Positions 37,539 to 47,135 of a stretch of DNA of 64,000 nt are shown here, piece after piece. The notes under the pieces were generated by a model. That model did not search any database, was not told where the DNA came from, and was given only the letters and a program-made list of their open reading frames with translations. The position numbers were made by a program, and so were the translations under genes. How positions within the stretch are numbered: position 1 is the first letter of the stretch; every line of letters begins with the position of its first letter. The stretch is from a plasmid, in the sequence record NZ_CP044080.1. One strand, 5' to 3'.

Positions 37539-38788
37539 GGCCGGTCCTCCATCCCGTCCAGCGCGCGCGCCAGGAAATCCTCGGCCCCGAAGTTGCCCGA
37601 TTTCAGCGCCAGCGCAAGGCCGGATGCCGCGCGCAGCACCGGCACGCCCGGGTCGATCTCGGCCCCCACCTCCAGCGCGCCGGGGGCGAGCGCCGAGACG
37701 ACCGCGCCCGAGGTCTCGCCCCCCGCGACCACCAGCCGGGTCACGCCGGCCGCGACCAGCGCGCGGGCCAGATCGCCGAAGAACCCGTCGAGCCGCGCCG
37801 CCACCGCCTCGCGCCCGTACTCGGCCTGCATCCGCGCCACCTGCTCGGGGCTGCCCGAGGAGAACGCCAGCGGCGCCTGCGCCACCAGCGCCAGCAGCTG
37901 CCGCGCCACCGCCTCTGGCGTCAGCGTCCCGGCCATGACGGCAGGCACGTCGATCTCGATCACCGGATGGGCCGCGCGATGATGCTCGATCTGGCGCCGG
38001 GTCATGCCCGAGCAGCTGCCCGCCAGCACCACCCCCGGCCCCGGCGCGGTGCGCCGCGGCGCCGCGACCCCCGGTCCCGCCACGTCCAGGTTCTGCGCCA
38101 GCCCCAGCGCGATGCCCGAGCCGCCCGTGACCAGCCGCGCCCCTGCGAGCGCGGCGCCGATCGCCATCAGGTCCTCGTCCGAGGTCGCATCGGTGACGAC
38201 CAGCGTGGCATCGCTTGCCTCCAGCGCCGCCCGGATCGCCGCCGCGCCCTGCCGGACCACGCAGAGCGGCACCAGCCCGACCGGCCCCGTGCCCTGCCGG
38301 CCCAGCCAGCGGCGCAGGTCGGGGTCGGTCATGGGCGTCAGCGGGTGGTCCTGCATGCCGCTTTCCGACAGCAGCCGGTCGCCGACGAACAGGTGGCCCT
38401 GATAGATCGTGCGCCCCATGGTCGGAAAGGCCGGGCAGACCACCACGCCGCGCGCGCCCAGCCGGTCGGCCAGGGCCATCGCCACCGGGCCGATGTTGCC
38501 CTGCGGCGTCGAATCGAAGGTCGAGCAGTATTTGAACACCACCTGCTTGCAACCCTGCGCCAGCAGCCAGTCGAGCGCCGCCAGCGACTGCGCCACCGCC
38601 CGGTCCGCCGGGATGGAGCGGCTTTTCAGCGCCACCACCCCGGCCTGCACCGAGAGCGCGGCGGGCCGGTCCGGCACGCCCAGGTATTGCACCACATGCA
38701 GCCCGGGGCTCGCGCCATGGCCCCGCGCCAGAGTGTTCGCGATGTCGCTGGCCCCCGTGAAATCGTCCGCAATGACCCCGATCAGCAT
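37535..38788 (-). CDS. otnK: Four-carbon acid sugar kinase, 3-oxo-tetronate kinase (OtnK / YgbK)-like
   Basis: 417 aa. The N-terminus MLIGVIADDFTGASDIANTL is the DUF1537 signature. The C-terminal DUF1357-like half includes …VVAGGETSGAVV…. Confidence 0.75.
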   Translation of the reverse strand: MLIGVIADDFTGASDIANTLARGHGASPGLHVVQYLGVPDRPAALSVQAGVVALKSRSIPADRAVAQSLAALDWLLAQGCKQVVFKYCSTFDSTPQGNIGPVAMALADRLGARGVVVCPAFPTMGRTIYQGHLFVGDRLLSESGMQDHPLTPMTDPDLRRWLGRQGTGPVGLVPLCVVRQGAAAIRAALEASDATLVVTDATSDEDLMAIGAALAGARLVTGGSGIALGLAQNLDVAGPGVAAPRRTAPGPGVVLAGSCSGMTRRQIEHHRAAHPVIEIDVPAVMAGTLTPEAVARQLLALVAQAPLAFSSGSPEQVARMQAEYGREAVAARLDGFFGDLARALVAAGVTRLVVAGGETSGAVVSALAPGALEVGAEIDPGVPVLRAASGLALALKSGNFGAEDFLARALDGMEDRP

Positions 38789-39020
38789 GATCCGCCCCCC
38801 TGTCCCAACAGCGCCCGCAACCGTTCTACCGCCGCTTGCGGGCTCGCGAAAACAGGAATGTCCGTCGAAAGGGCGGCTTTGGCTTGTACCGGTGGGCGCG
38901 CGGCCGGGCTGGCTGCGTCAATCCGATGGAGTTCCGGGCCAGCGCCATGCTAGCCTGCCGAACCGGCAGCAGGCCAGAGTACCGCGCTTCATTGTCGCCC
39001 ACGTACAGGAAGAACCGCTC

Positions 39021-39734
39021 ATGTCCATTCGTGTCGGTGTCGCCGGCTGGTCCATACCCTCCGCGCTTGCCGGGCGGTTTCCGTCAGAAGGCACGCATCT
39101 CGAACGCTATGGCGCATGCCTTTCGGCCGTCGAGATCAACAGCAGCTTCTACCGGCCGCACCGGCGCGCGACATACGAACGCTGGGCGGCAAGCGTGCCA
39201 CCCGGGTTCCGCTTCTCGGTCAAGCTGCCGAAAGCCATCACGCATGAGCGCCGACTGGAGGACTGCACGGCGCTGGTCGAGCGCTTCGCCGAGGAAACGG
39301 GCGGCCTGGGCGACAAACGCGGTCCGATCCTGGTTCAGCTTCCCCCGAGCTTCGCCTATCCCGGCGAGCGCGCGGACCGTTTCCTTGACGAGCTGCGGAC
39401 CGCGATCACCGGGCCCATCGTGCTGGAGCCGAGACATGCCAGCTGGTTCCAGCCGGACATCGACCGCATGCTGGAGCGACGGCGGGTGTCGCGGGTTGCC
39501 GCGGACCCGGCAAAACCGCCAGCTGCCGCGCAGCCCGGTGGCTGGAGCGGGCTCGCCTATTTCCGACTGCACGGATCACCGCGGATGTACGAATCGACCT
39601 ATGGACAGGACGCCATCGAAGCCCAAGCAGAGCGCGTCGCCTCCCTCGTTCAGCGCGATATCGATGTCTGGACCGTCTACGACAACACCACCTACGGCGC
39701 GGCCACGCAGAACGCTTTGGTCCTCCCCCACTGA
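39021..39734 (+). CDS. DUF72-family protein (YecE-like)
   Basis: 238 aa. SFYRPHRRATYERWAASVPPGFRFSVKLPKAITHERRL…ILVQLPPSF is the DUF72 signature. Its stop codon lies within the left end of the downstream IS3-family element. Confidence 0.75.
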   Translation: MSIRVGVAGWSIPSALAGRFPSEGTHLERYGACLSAVEINSSFYRPHRRATYERWAASVPPGFRFSVKLPKAITHERRLEDCTALVERFAEETGGLGDKRGPILVQLPPSFAYPGERADRFLDELRTAITGPIVLEPRHASWFQPDIDRMLERRRVSRVAADPAKPPAAAQPGGWSGLAYFRLHGSPRMYESTYGQDAIEAQAERVASLVQRDIDVWTVYDNTTYGAATQNALVLPH

Positions 39735-39773
39735 AGTGGTCCGCCGTTATGTTTAGGAAACGGAGGATCGAGA

Positions 39774-40052
39774 ATGGCAAACAAACGACCGAAGCCGGAA
39801 GAGATTGTCTCGAAGTTGCGGCAGGTTGAGGTTCTGATGGGGCAAGGCTTGTCCCGTCTGGACGCGATCAGGCGTATCGGCGTTGTCGAACAGACCTATT
39901 ACCGCTGGCGCAAGCAATACGGCGGAATGGGCGTAGACCAGTTGAAAGAGCTGAAGCGCCTTCAGCAGGAGAATGAGCGGCTCAGGCGTGCGGTGTCTGA
40001 CCTGACGTTGGACAAGCTAATCCTGACGGAGGCGGCCCGGGGAAACTTCTGA
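39774..40052 (+). CDS. IS3-family transposase OrfA
   Basis: 92 aa. MANKRPKPEEIVSKLRQVEVLMGQGLSRLDAIRRIGVVEQTYYRWRKQYGGMGVDQLKELKRLQQENERLRRAVSDLTLDK is OrfA-like. Confidence 0.85.
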   Translation: MANKRPKPEEIVSKLRQVEVLMGQGLSRLDAIRRIGVVEQTYYRWRKQYGGMGVDQLKELKRLQQENERLRRAVSDLTLDKLILTEAARGNF

Positions 40053-40900
40053 GCCCCGCTCGCCGCCGGGCCTGTATTGACCATGTCCGCCGTGAGCTGG
40101 GCGTTTCCGAGCGTCGCGCCTGCCAAGTGCTTCGCCAACATCGTTCGACACAACGCAAGTTCCCGAGAGGTCGAGCGGACGAGGTCCGCCTGGCCGCCGA
40201 CATGATTGAGCTGGCCCGCCAATATGGCCGTTATGGCTATCGCCGGATTGCGGCTCTGTTGCGGGATGCCGGGTGGCAGGTGAATGACAAGCGGGTTGAG
40301 CGCTTGTGGCGGCGAGAGGGGCTGAAAGTGCCGATGAAACAGCCGAAGAAAGGGCGATTGTGGCTGAACGACGGATCCTGCGTCCGGTTGCGGCCGCAAT
40401 ACCGGGATCATGTCTGGTCGTATGATTTTGTTCATTGCCGCACCGATGATGGCAAGGTGTTCCGGACGTTGAACATCCTTGATGAGTTCAGTCGCGAATG
40501 TCTGACGATCAAGGTGCGGCGCAGGCTGAATTCGACAGACGTGATTGATGCGCTGACCGATCTGTTCATCTTGCGCGGCGTGCCCGCCTTCATCCGTTCC
40601 GACAACGGTCCGGAGTTCATTGCCCTGGCCGTTCGTGACTGGATCGGGGCGGTCGGGGCAAAAACGGCTTACATCGAACCGGGATCGCCTTGGGAAAATG
40701 GCTATTGTGAGAGCTTCAACGCCCGCTTCCGCGATGAAATGTTGAATGGGGAAGTTTTCTACAGCCTCCGTGAGGCACAGATCCTGATCGAACAGTGGAG
40801 GAAGCATTACAACACGAAACGACCGCACAGCGCATTGGGCTATCGCCCACCAGCCCCAGAAGCCTTTGTGCCGGTGGACCAAAGGCTGGTCATGCACTAA
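40040..40900 (+). CDS. IS3-family transposase OrfB (rve), -1 frame relative to OrfA
   Basis: The -1 frame opens at about 40040 with …RRRACIDHVRRELGVSERRACQVLRQHRSTQR… and continues through the DDE core (…WSYDFVH…IRSDNGPEF…YIEPGSPWENGYCESFN…). The first internal ATG is at 40127. Confidence 0.8.
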   Translation, partial: GKLLSPARRRACIDHVRRELGVSERRACQVLRQHRSTQRKFPRGRADEVRLAADMIELARQYGRYGYRRIAALLRDAGWQVNDKRVERLWRREGLKVPMKQPKKGRLWLNDGSCVRLRPQYRDHVWSYDFVHCRTDDGKVFRTLNILDEFSRECLTIKVRRRLNSTDVIDALTDLFILRGVPAFIRSDNGPEFIALAVRDWIGAVGAKTAYIEPGSPWENGYCESFNARFRDEMLNGEVFYSLREAQILIEQWRKHYNTKRPHSALGYRPPAPEAFVPVDQRLVMH

Positions 40901-40921
40901 CTTTCAAAATGGACCACTCAG

Positions 40922-41524
40922 GTGGGGCTGATCAAGAGCCCCTTCGTCACCTTCTTCGGCGCCATCGGTATCGAGGGCGCGGACGTGGTGATGAACCTGG
41001 TCGTGCTGACGGCCGTGCTGTCGTCGCTGAACGCGGGGCTTTATTCGACGGGCCGCATCCTGCATTCCATGGCGATCTCGGGCTCGGCCCCGGCGGCGCT
41101 GGCGCGGATGAACAAGGCGGGCGTGCCCTATATGGGGATCGGCGTCACGGCGGCCGTCACCGTCCTGGGGGTGGTGCTGAACGCCTTCATGCCCTCGGAT
41201 GCCTTCGAGATCGCGATCAACGTGGCCGCGCTTGGCCTGATCTGCGCCTGGGGCACCATCGTCCTGTGTCAGCTGAAGTTGTGGAACCTGTCGCGCCAGG
41301 GCCTGATCCAGCGCCCCGAGTTCCGCATGTTCGGCGCGCCCTTCACCGGCATCCTGACGCTGGCCTTCCTGCTGGGAGTCGTGGTCCTGATGGCCTTCGA
41401 CTATCCGGTCGGAACCTGGACCGTCGCCTCGCTTCTGGTGATCGTGCCGGCGCTGATCCTGGGCTGGCATCTGGCGCGGGGCCGCATCGCGGCCATCGCC
41501 GCCGCAAGCGAGGCGGGCCAGTGA
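40922..41524 (+). pseudogene. APC-family amino-acid permease (AnsP/GabP-like), C-terminal ~200 aa only; the N-terminal half is lost at the IS boundary
   Basis: [69 protein letters not shown]… matches the TM8-12 region of amino-acid permeases. The frame begins right at the IS right end. Confidence 0.65.
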
Positions 41525-42447
41525 CCGCAGATGCCGGCAAGCCCCTGGTCGCGGTCATAGCGACCGGGGGCACCATCGCCAGCCGCAAGGACGCAAGCGG
41601 GGCCGCCCAACCCGTGCTGCGCGGGCAGGACCTGCTGGACCTGCTGCCGCCCCTGGACCTGCGCCTGCGCGCGGTGGAACTGCCCGCCAAGGACAGCTCT
41701 GCCCTGACGCTGGCCGACATGCAGGCGATCAGCGACGCGGTGGGTGCGGCCCTGGCCGATCCTGCGGTCGCGGGCGTCGTGGTCCTGCACGGCACCGACG
41801 CGATGGAGGAAACCGCGCTGCTGATCGCCCTGCAGCATGGTGCGCGCGGCCCGGTCGTGCTGACCGGGGCGCAGTTCTCCGCCGACAGCGACCGGCCCGA
41901 CGGGCCCGGCAACCTGGCCGATGCCCTGCGCGCGGTGCTGGCGGGGCCGGCGGGCGTGCGGCTGGCCTTCGGCGGCCGGCTGTTGCCGGTCTGGGGGCTT
42001 TACAAGGCCGCGTCCGACCGGGCCGACGCCTTTCGCCTGGCGGTGCCGGGCGACCATCCGGTGCCGCACCTGCCCGCGTCGCTGGGGCCGCAGCGCGTCG
42101 ATCTGGTTGCGATCCATCCCGGCGCGGACGCGCTGCATCTGGACGCCAGCCTGGCCGCCGGGGCGCAAGGGATCGTGCTTGTCGCGCTGGGATCGGGCAA
42201 TGCCTCGGCCCCCGTGGCCGAGGCGGTCGCCCGCGCCCATGCGGCCGGCGTGCCCGTGGTCGTCTCCAGCCGGGTGCCGGAGGGGGTTCTGACCCCTGCG
42301 TATGGCGGCGGCGGCGGCGGCCACGACCTGATGCGGGCCGGGGCCATTCACGCCCGCATCCTGCGCCCCGGACAGGCCCGCATCCTGCTGGCGGCGCTGA
42401 TCGCGAACGGCGTCCCGCCGGACCGGATGGCGGCGCATTTCGACTGA
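41521..42447 (+). CDS. L-asparaginase (type I/II asparaginase-glutaminase family)
   Basis: GTG start. [12 protein letters not shown] is the asparaginase N-terminal signature. …[14 protein letters not shown]… and …[11 protein letters not shown]… are also present. Confidence 0.85.
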   Translation: MTADAGKPLVAVIATGGTIASRKDASGAAQPVLRGQDLLDLLPPLDLRLRAVELPAKDSSALTLADMQAISDAVGAALADPAVAGVVVLHGTDAMEETALLIALQHGARGPVVLTGAQFSADSDRPDGPGNLADALRAVLAGPAGVRLAFGGRLLPVWGLYKAASDRADAFRLAVPGDHPVPHLPASLGPQRVDLVAIHPGADALHLDASLAAGAQGIVLVALGSGNASAPVAEAVARAHAAGVPVVVSSRVPEGVLTPAYGGGGGGHDLMRAGAIHARILRPGQARILLAALIANGVPPDRMAAHFD

Positions 42448-42522
42448 AACGCGGGGCAGCGCGATTGCATTCCGGGGCCTGCTGGCGCAGAACCCAGCCA
42501 AATCCTTGCCATCGGGCCGGCC

Positions 42523-43518
42523 ATGAACCCATCCTCTCCCTGGACCGCGCGGGCCCTGCAGCTTTTCGCGGCCGCGGCGATCTCGTTGATCCTTGCGGTG
42601 CAGCTTGGGCTGCAGAACCCGTTCTGGGCGGCCATGCCGGTCTGGGTCGTGGCCCAGCCGAACCGGCAGGACCTGCTGCTGCGCGCCGTGCTGCGGGTTC
42701 TGGGAACGGCATTCGGCGCAGGGATCGGCTGGCTTGTGCTGATGTCGGTGCCGGGCGACGCGGCCCGGGTCGCGGTCCTGGCGCTGGGGGTCGGGCTCGG
42801 GGCCTCGGTCGCCTTCTGGATCGGCACGGTCTACAGCTATGGCGTGATCCTGGCCGCGATCACGCTGGCGGTGGTGCTGGTGCCGGCGATGGATCATCCG
42901 GTCGATGCGGCCCATCTGGCGCTGGACCGGATCTGGTGCACGCTGATCGGTGTCGTCGCGGTGACGGTCATCACCTTCCTGTTCACCCCCCATCGCAGCG
43001 GCCCGCTGCCGCCGCGCACCGTCCCGCCGCTGGGCGATGTGATCCGCCAGGGGCTGATCGCCGCAGCGGCCGCCTTGGCGGGCGGGGCGATCCTGCATGC
43101 GGTGGGCGGACCTGCGGGGATCGCGGCGGCCCTGTCCCTGACAATCTTCAGCCTGATTCTGGGAACCTCGCGCAACCCCGCGCCGATCCTGGCCTATATG
43201 CCGCCCGGGGCCGCCGTGGGGGTGCTGGCCGCGCTGGCCTATCGGGCGCTTGACATGGCGCTGCCCGATCCGGCGGGAACCGCGCTGTGGCTGGCGCTGC
43301 CCTTCATCGCGGCGGGCGCCAGCCTGCGCAGCTATCCCCGCACCGCCCCGCTGGGACTGGACGCCAACATGTGCTTCCTGCTGGCCGCCGAGGCGGGCAC
43401 CGCCGGGCATGGCTTTGGCGCGCATCTGCAAGGCGGGCTTGCCACGGTCCTCGCAGGCTTCGCCATGGCCGGGATCTTCCGCCGCTTCGGAGCGGTGCGG
43501 GCGCCCGCGTTGAAATAA
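42523..43518 (+). CDS. FUSC-family (fusaric acid resistance / aromatic acid exporter-like) integral membrane protein
   Basis: 331 aa, polytopic. …FWAAMPVWVVAQPNRQDLLLRAVLRVLGTAFGAGIGWLVL… is typical of the FUSC/YccS family. Confidence 0.6.
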   Translation: MNPSSPWTARALQLFAAAAISLILAVQLGLQNPFWAAMPVWVVAQPNRQDLLLRAVLRVLGTAFGAGIGWLVLMSVPGDAARVAVLALGVGLGASVAFWIGTVYSYGVILAAITLAVVLVPAMDHPVDAAHLALDRIWCTLIGVVAVTVITFLFTPHRSGPLPPRTVPPLGDVIRQGLIAAAAALAGGAILHAVGGPAGIAAALSLTIFSLILGTSRNPAPILAYMPPGAAVGVLAALAYRALDMALPDPAGTALWLALPFIAAGASLRSYPRTAPLGLDANMCFLLAAEAGTAGHGFGAHLQGGLATVLAGFAMAGIFRRFGAVRAPALK

Positions 43519-43581
43519 TTGCGAGCGGTGAACCCCGCCGGGCATCCCGGTGTTCTGTCGCAAACAGAATGGGGGCTCAGC

Positions 43582-43836
43582 ATGGCAAGAATTCCGAACG
43601 ACCTGATCGCAGACCTGCGCAATGCGCTGCACGACCTGGGGGGCGCCTCGGCCGAGGCGTCCGACCTGATCCGCGAACAGTTGGGGGCCGATGCGTCGCG
43701 TGCCTTCGACGATGTGCTGGCGGCCTGCTACCAGATCGTCGAGGCCGCAGCGGAATCGCGCACACTTGCAGACCCTGGCCTGGTGCCGCCCCGGCAACTC
43801 AACGGCCAGGCCATGCGGATCGCGGCGGCGGCCTAG
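43582..43836 (+). CDS. Small hypothetical protein (84 aa)
   Basis: MARIPNDLIADLRNALHDLGGASAEASDLIREQLG… within ORF 43519..43836. No family was recognised. Confidence 0.35.
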   Translation: MARIPNDLIADLRNALHDLGGASAEASDLIREQLGADASRAFDDVLAACYQIVEAAAESRTLADPGLVPPRQLNGQAMRIAAAA

Positions 43837-44999
43837 TCCAGCGGGTCCATCACAAAGCTGGCGCCGATGCTGGACGCCAGCCGGATCAGCTGCGTCCGGT
43901 TCGCGCAATCGGCCTTGGCCAGCAGCGACTTGACCTGCGAATTGATAGTCTCGACCGAGCGGTTGCGCCGGTCCGAGATCTGGCGGTTGGTCAGCCCCTC
44001 GGCCAGCAGCCCGACCAGCCGGGTTTCCGATTGCGTCAGCGTCAGCACCTTGGCCAGCAGGTCCAGGTCCAGCGGCAGCTCCCGCCCGGTATCCAGGCTG
44101 TAGATCGCATAGCCGTCCAGCCGCCGCTCGCCAAAGGCATCGGCGGACGTCAGCGGAGAGATTTCCACCGCAAGCCGCCCGCAACTGGCCTGACGCCCGC
44201 CAAGCGCCTCTTTCCGGGGCCGGGCGCCGCAGCGGCCGTGGTCGCGCGCATCCGCCGTCATCGCGTGCAGCCATTGCCGGTCGGGCGCGGCCCGCATCTC
44301 CAGCCGCCCCGCCCCATCGCGAAAGAACACCCCCGCCGCTTCGCGCTGGCGGGCGAATTCGACGTTCTCGCAGATGATCTGGCGATCGCCCCGGATCAGG
44401 CAGACGCCGATGCGCAGCCGGTCCATGGCCTCGGCCAGGCCCGCATAGGCGGTGCTCAACTGACGCAGCGGACGGCCCAGGTGCAGGGCCTTGGCGACAT
44501 GGGGCAGGATCGTGGCCAGGGCCGCGCGCTCGGCCCCGCTCATCGGCCCGTGCCGGCGCGAGAACTGGACCGAGAAGCGGTCGCGCGACAGGTCGTCCTT
44601 GTTCAGGACGGCGCCGGCCCGGTAATGGACGCCGTGCCGGGCCATCTCTTGCGCATTGGGTCGCAGGGCCAGGGCGCTGTGCTCGGGCGCCAGGACATCG
44701 TCGCCCACGATCTCGATCCGGTCGCCGCGCGCGGAATGGCGGGCGATGATCTCCTGGTCGGCGAACTCCTCCTCGGCAAAGCGATGGATGTAGCCGTCGA
44801 CCAGAACCGGGTCGTAGGCGGCCGAGAAATGGGGCGCCCGCAGCTGACGCGCGCGCGGATCGGCCTCGTCCAGTTCAAAGATGATGCAGCCCCGCGCACC
44901 CACGGCCCGCGCGATCCGGTCAAGCACCCCAGGCCACCGACCGGCGTCCAGCACGGTGTCGTAGATGTCCAGGATGACCTGTTCGTCGGGCTCTTGCAT
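43833..44999 (-). CDS. LuxR-family transcriptional regulator (C-terminal GerE HTH; N-terminal sensory region of unknown type)
   Basis: The C-terminus …LTQSETRLVGLLAEGLTNRQISDRRNRSVETINSQVKSLLAKADCANRTQLIRLA is a LuxR/GerE HTH. It is divergent from the heme-enzyme operon. Confidence 0.75.
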   Translation of the reverse strand: MQEPDEQVILDIYDTVLDAGRWPGVLDRIARAVGARGCIIFELDEADPRARQLRAPHFSAAYDPVLVDGYIHRFAEEEFADQEIIARHSARGDRIEIVGDDVLAPEHSALALRPNAQEMARHGVHYRAGAVLNKDDLSRDRFSVQFSRRHGPMSGAERAALATILPHVAKALHLGRPLRQLSTAYAGLAEAMDRLRIGVCLIRGDRQIICENVEFARQREAAGVFFRDGAGRLEMRAAPDRQWLHAMTADARDHGRCGARPRKEALGGRQASCGRLAVEISPLTSADAFGERRLDGYAIYSLDTGRELPLDLDLLAKVLTLTQSETRLVGLLAEGLTNRQISDRRNRSVETINSQVKSLLAKADCANRTQLIRLASSIGASFVMDPLD

Positions 45000-45272
45000 C
45001 GCCGATCCCTATCCGCCCGGCCCCCTATGGTAGTCCAGTTCGCGGTCCTTGCAAAAGAAAAGCGTCGACGCCCGTTGCAGAGCAAAAATCCCCCGAACTG
45101 GTGATGCGGGACAGGGGACGGCCGCGCTAGGGTATGGTCACGGCCCGATTTCATTCAGCAAGTGCTTTGCCGATCCTTCTTCAACGGTTACGCTTCTTCC
45201 CAGCCTTACTCAGTATCCGTCGGCCGGCCGGGCAGGCTGGCCGACAATTTGACCCTTGTTCGGAACGGTTCC

Positions 45273-47135
45273 ATGCGCACGGGGAAAGCATCTTGCCTTG
45301 CGGCCGGCCTGGCCATCGCGGTTCTGCTGGCTGGCCCGGTGGCGGCCCAGCCCGAAAACGACACCCCCCCTTGCGAGGCGCGCGAGGCACTGGCCCATGC
45401 GCTGGCCCGCAACCCCGACCTGCGCTGGCCCCAGATCCGCGCCGCCTGCGACCAGCGGATCGCCGAGGCGCGGGCCGCCGACCCCGTGGGACGCGCCTGG
45501 TTTGCCAATGCGGCGAACGGGTTCGAAGGCGTTCCCCTGGTCCTGCTGAAGGTGCTGCCCGACCTCGCCCCGGAAATCTGGGGCCGGCCCGAGGACTTCT
45601 TTTCCGGTTTCGGCCTGTTTCCCGACCCGGACATTCCCGACCGCATCCTGCCGCGCGGCCTGGGGGTCGCGGGGGACGGTCGCCCCCTGGACGACCAGGG
45701 GCGGCCCCTGGGCGAAATCGACTATGGCGCAAAGGGAAAGCCGCTGTTCGTCACGCTGGCCTGCGGCGCCTGCCACAGCGGAGAGGCCGAGATCGACGGC
45801 CGCCGCATCGTCTATGACGGCGCGCCGAACACCCGGTTCGACGTGCGCAAGTGGCGGGCCGCCTTCAGCGCGCTGCGCCAGGACTATCTGTCCGACGAAC
45901 AGATCGGCACCCCGGACAAGCCGGGCGAGACCACCCGCCGGCTTCTGGCGCTGGTCGCCGCCAAGCCCGCCGGTTTCTTTGCCCGGGGACTGCCCGGCAT
46001 CCCCGAGGACCGCGTGGCCCCCGTGGACGCGGGGCAGCGCGCCATCTTTGCCGCCGCGGCCCCGCAGATCCTGTCCGCCCTGGCCAGGGGCAGCGAGGTT
46101 CGCGCGGCGGCCGTCGCGCTGCAACAACGCGCGGGGTCAAGCTATGGCCACCCGGATTCGCCCGGCCTTGCCGGCGAAAGCGCCGGCCAGTCGGACGGCA
46201 GCGGCGATCTTCTGGCAGACCTGCTGGCCGCGCAGGCGGCCGACCGGCTTGACGCCCTGCAGGCCGACCCCCTGCCCGAGGCGCTGCCGCGCTTTGCCAC
46301 GGTGACGGACATGCCGGCGGTCTGGAACCAGGCGGACCGCGCGACCGGGCAATGGGACGGCAGCGTGCTGGACCGATTCTGGCGCAACATCGCGGCCCAG
46401 TTGCCCATCGTCGGCAAGCCCGGCAGGCTGGACCTGTGGAACGCCGCGCTGGCCGGGGAATACCTGACCACCCTGCCCTCGCCGCCCTGGCCTTTTGACG
46501 TGGACCTGCCCAAGGCCGCACGGGGCGAGGCGATCTTTGCCCGGAACTGCGGCACCTGCCACCGGCCGCGCAACGACAGCCGCTATCCCCAGATCGGCAC
46601 CGATGCGAACCGCGCCCGCGTGCTGAACGCCGCCGCCAGCCAGGTGCTGTTGCAGGGGTTCCGCGCCGCCTGCCACGACCCGGATTTCCACTATCAGGAC
46701 CGGCTGGGCCGCCGCGTGGCGCCCTGCGCCATGCCCGATTACCGCATTCTGCGCGACACGGTCCGGCCGGCGAACCAGGGCTACCTGGCCCCGCCGTTGG
46801 ACGGGATCTGGCTGCGCGCGCCCTATCTGCACAACGGATCGGTCCCGACGCTGGCGCAGCTTTTGCAGCCCGCGACAAGGCCCGCGCGCTTCCTGCGCGG
46901 CGCCATCGCCTATGATGGCGCGGGCATGGGCTGGGTCTGGCAGCCTGACCAGCGCGAGCGGCTGGCGCCGCGTCATCCGACGCTGTGGGTCCACGACACG
47001 GGGCGGGACGGGCTGGGCAACGGCGGCCATGACACCGACCTGATGATCGACGGCCGCCTGCACCGGCTGGACTGGTCCGACCCCGCCCATGCGGCCGAGT
47101 TCGAGATGCTGATGGAATACCTCAAGACCCTTTGA
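45273..47135 (+). CDS. Secreted di-heme c-type cytochrome, divergent cytochrome c peroxidase/MauG-like
   Basis: Start chosen at MRTGKASCLAAGLAIAVLLAGPVAAQ (signal peptide) within ORF 45162..47135. There are two CxxCH motifs (TLACGACHSGE and RNCGTCHRPRN). A CCP-family motif lies near the C-terminus (APYLHNGSVPTLAQLL, compare CCP PYFHDGS--TL). Confidence 0.65.
   Translation: MRTGKASCLAAGLAIAVLLAGPVAAQPENDTPPCEAREALAHALARNPDLRWPQIRAACDQRIAEARAADPVGRAWFANAANGFEGVPLVLLKVLPDLAPEIWGRPEDFFSGFGLFPDPDIPDRILPRGLGVAGDGRPLDDQGRPLGEIDYGAKGKPLFVTLACGACHSGEAEIDGRRIVYDGAPNTRFDVRKWRAAFSALRQDYLSDEQIGTPDKPGETTRRLLALVAAKPAGFFARGLPGIPEDRVAPVDAGQRAIFAAAAPQILSALARGSEVRAAAVALQQRAGSSYGHPDSPGLAGESAGQSDGSGDLLADLLAAQAADRLDALQADPLPEALPRFATVTDMPAVWNQADRATGQWDGSVLDRFWRNIAAQLPIVGKPGRLDLWNAALAGEYLTTLPSPPWPFDVDLPKAARGEAIFARNCGTCHRPRNDSRYPQIGTDANRARVLNAAASQVLLQGFRAACHDPDFHYQDRLGRRVAPCAMPDYRILRDTVRPANQGYLAPPLDGIWLRAPYLHNGSVPTLAQLLQPATRPARFLRGAIAYDGAGMGWVWQPDQRERLAPRHPTLWVHDTGRDGLGNGGHDTDLMIDGRLHRLDWSDPAHAAEFEMLMEYLKTL

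Larger units (their letters stand above)
39732..40926 (+). mobile_element. IS3-family insertion sequence (~1.2 kb) inserted upstream of and truncating an amino-acid permease gene
   Basis: Left end TGAAGTGGTCCGCC…. The reverse complement of the right end is TGAGTGGTCCATTT…, sharing a TGA(A)GTGGTCC terminus. Contains orfA and orfB in -1 overlap. Confidence 0.75.

Noticed and set aside
41401-44274. 957-aa minus-strand ORF across the asparaginase, FUSC and small-ORF region
   Set aside because: It is an antisense artefact of high-GC DNA. The plus-strand genes have recognisable asparaginase and FUSC motifs.
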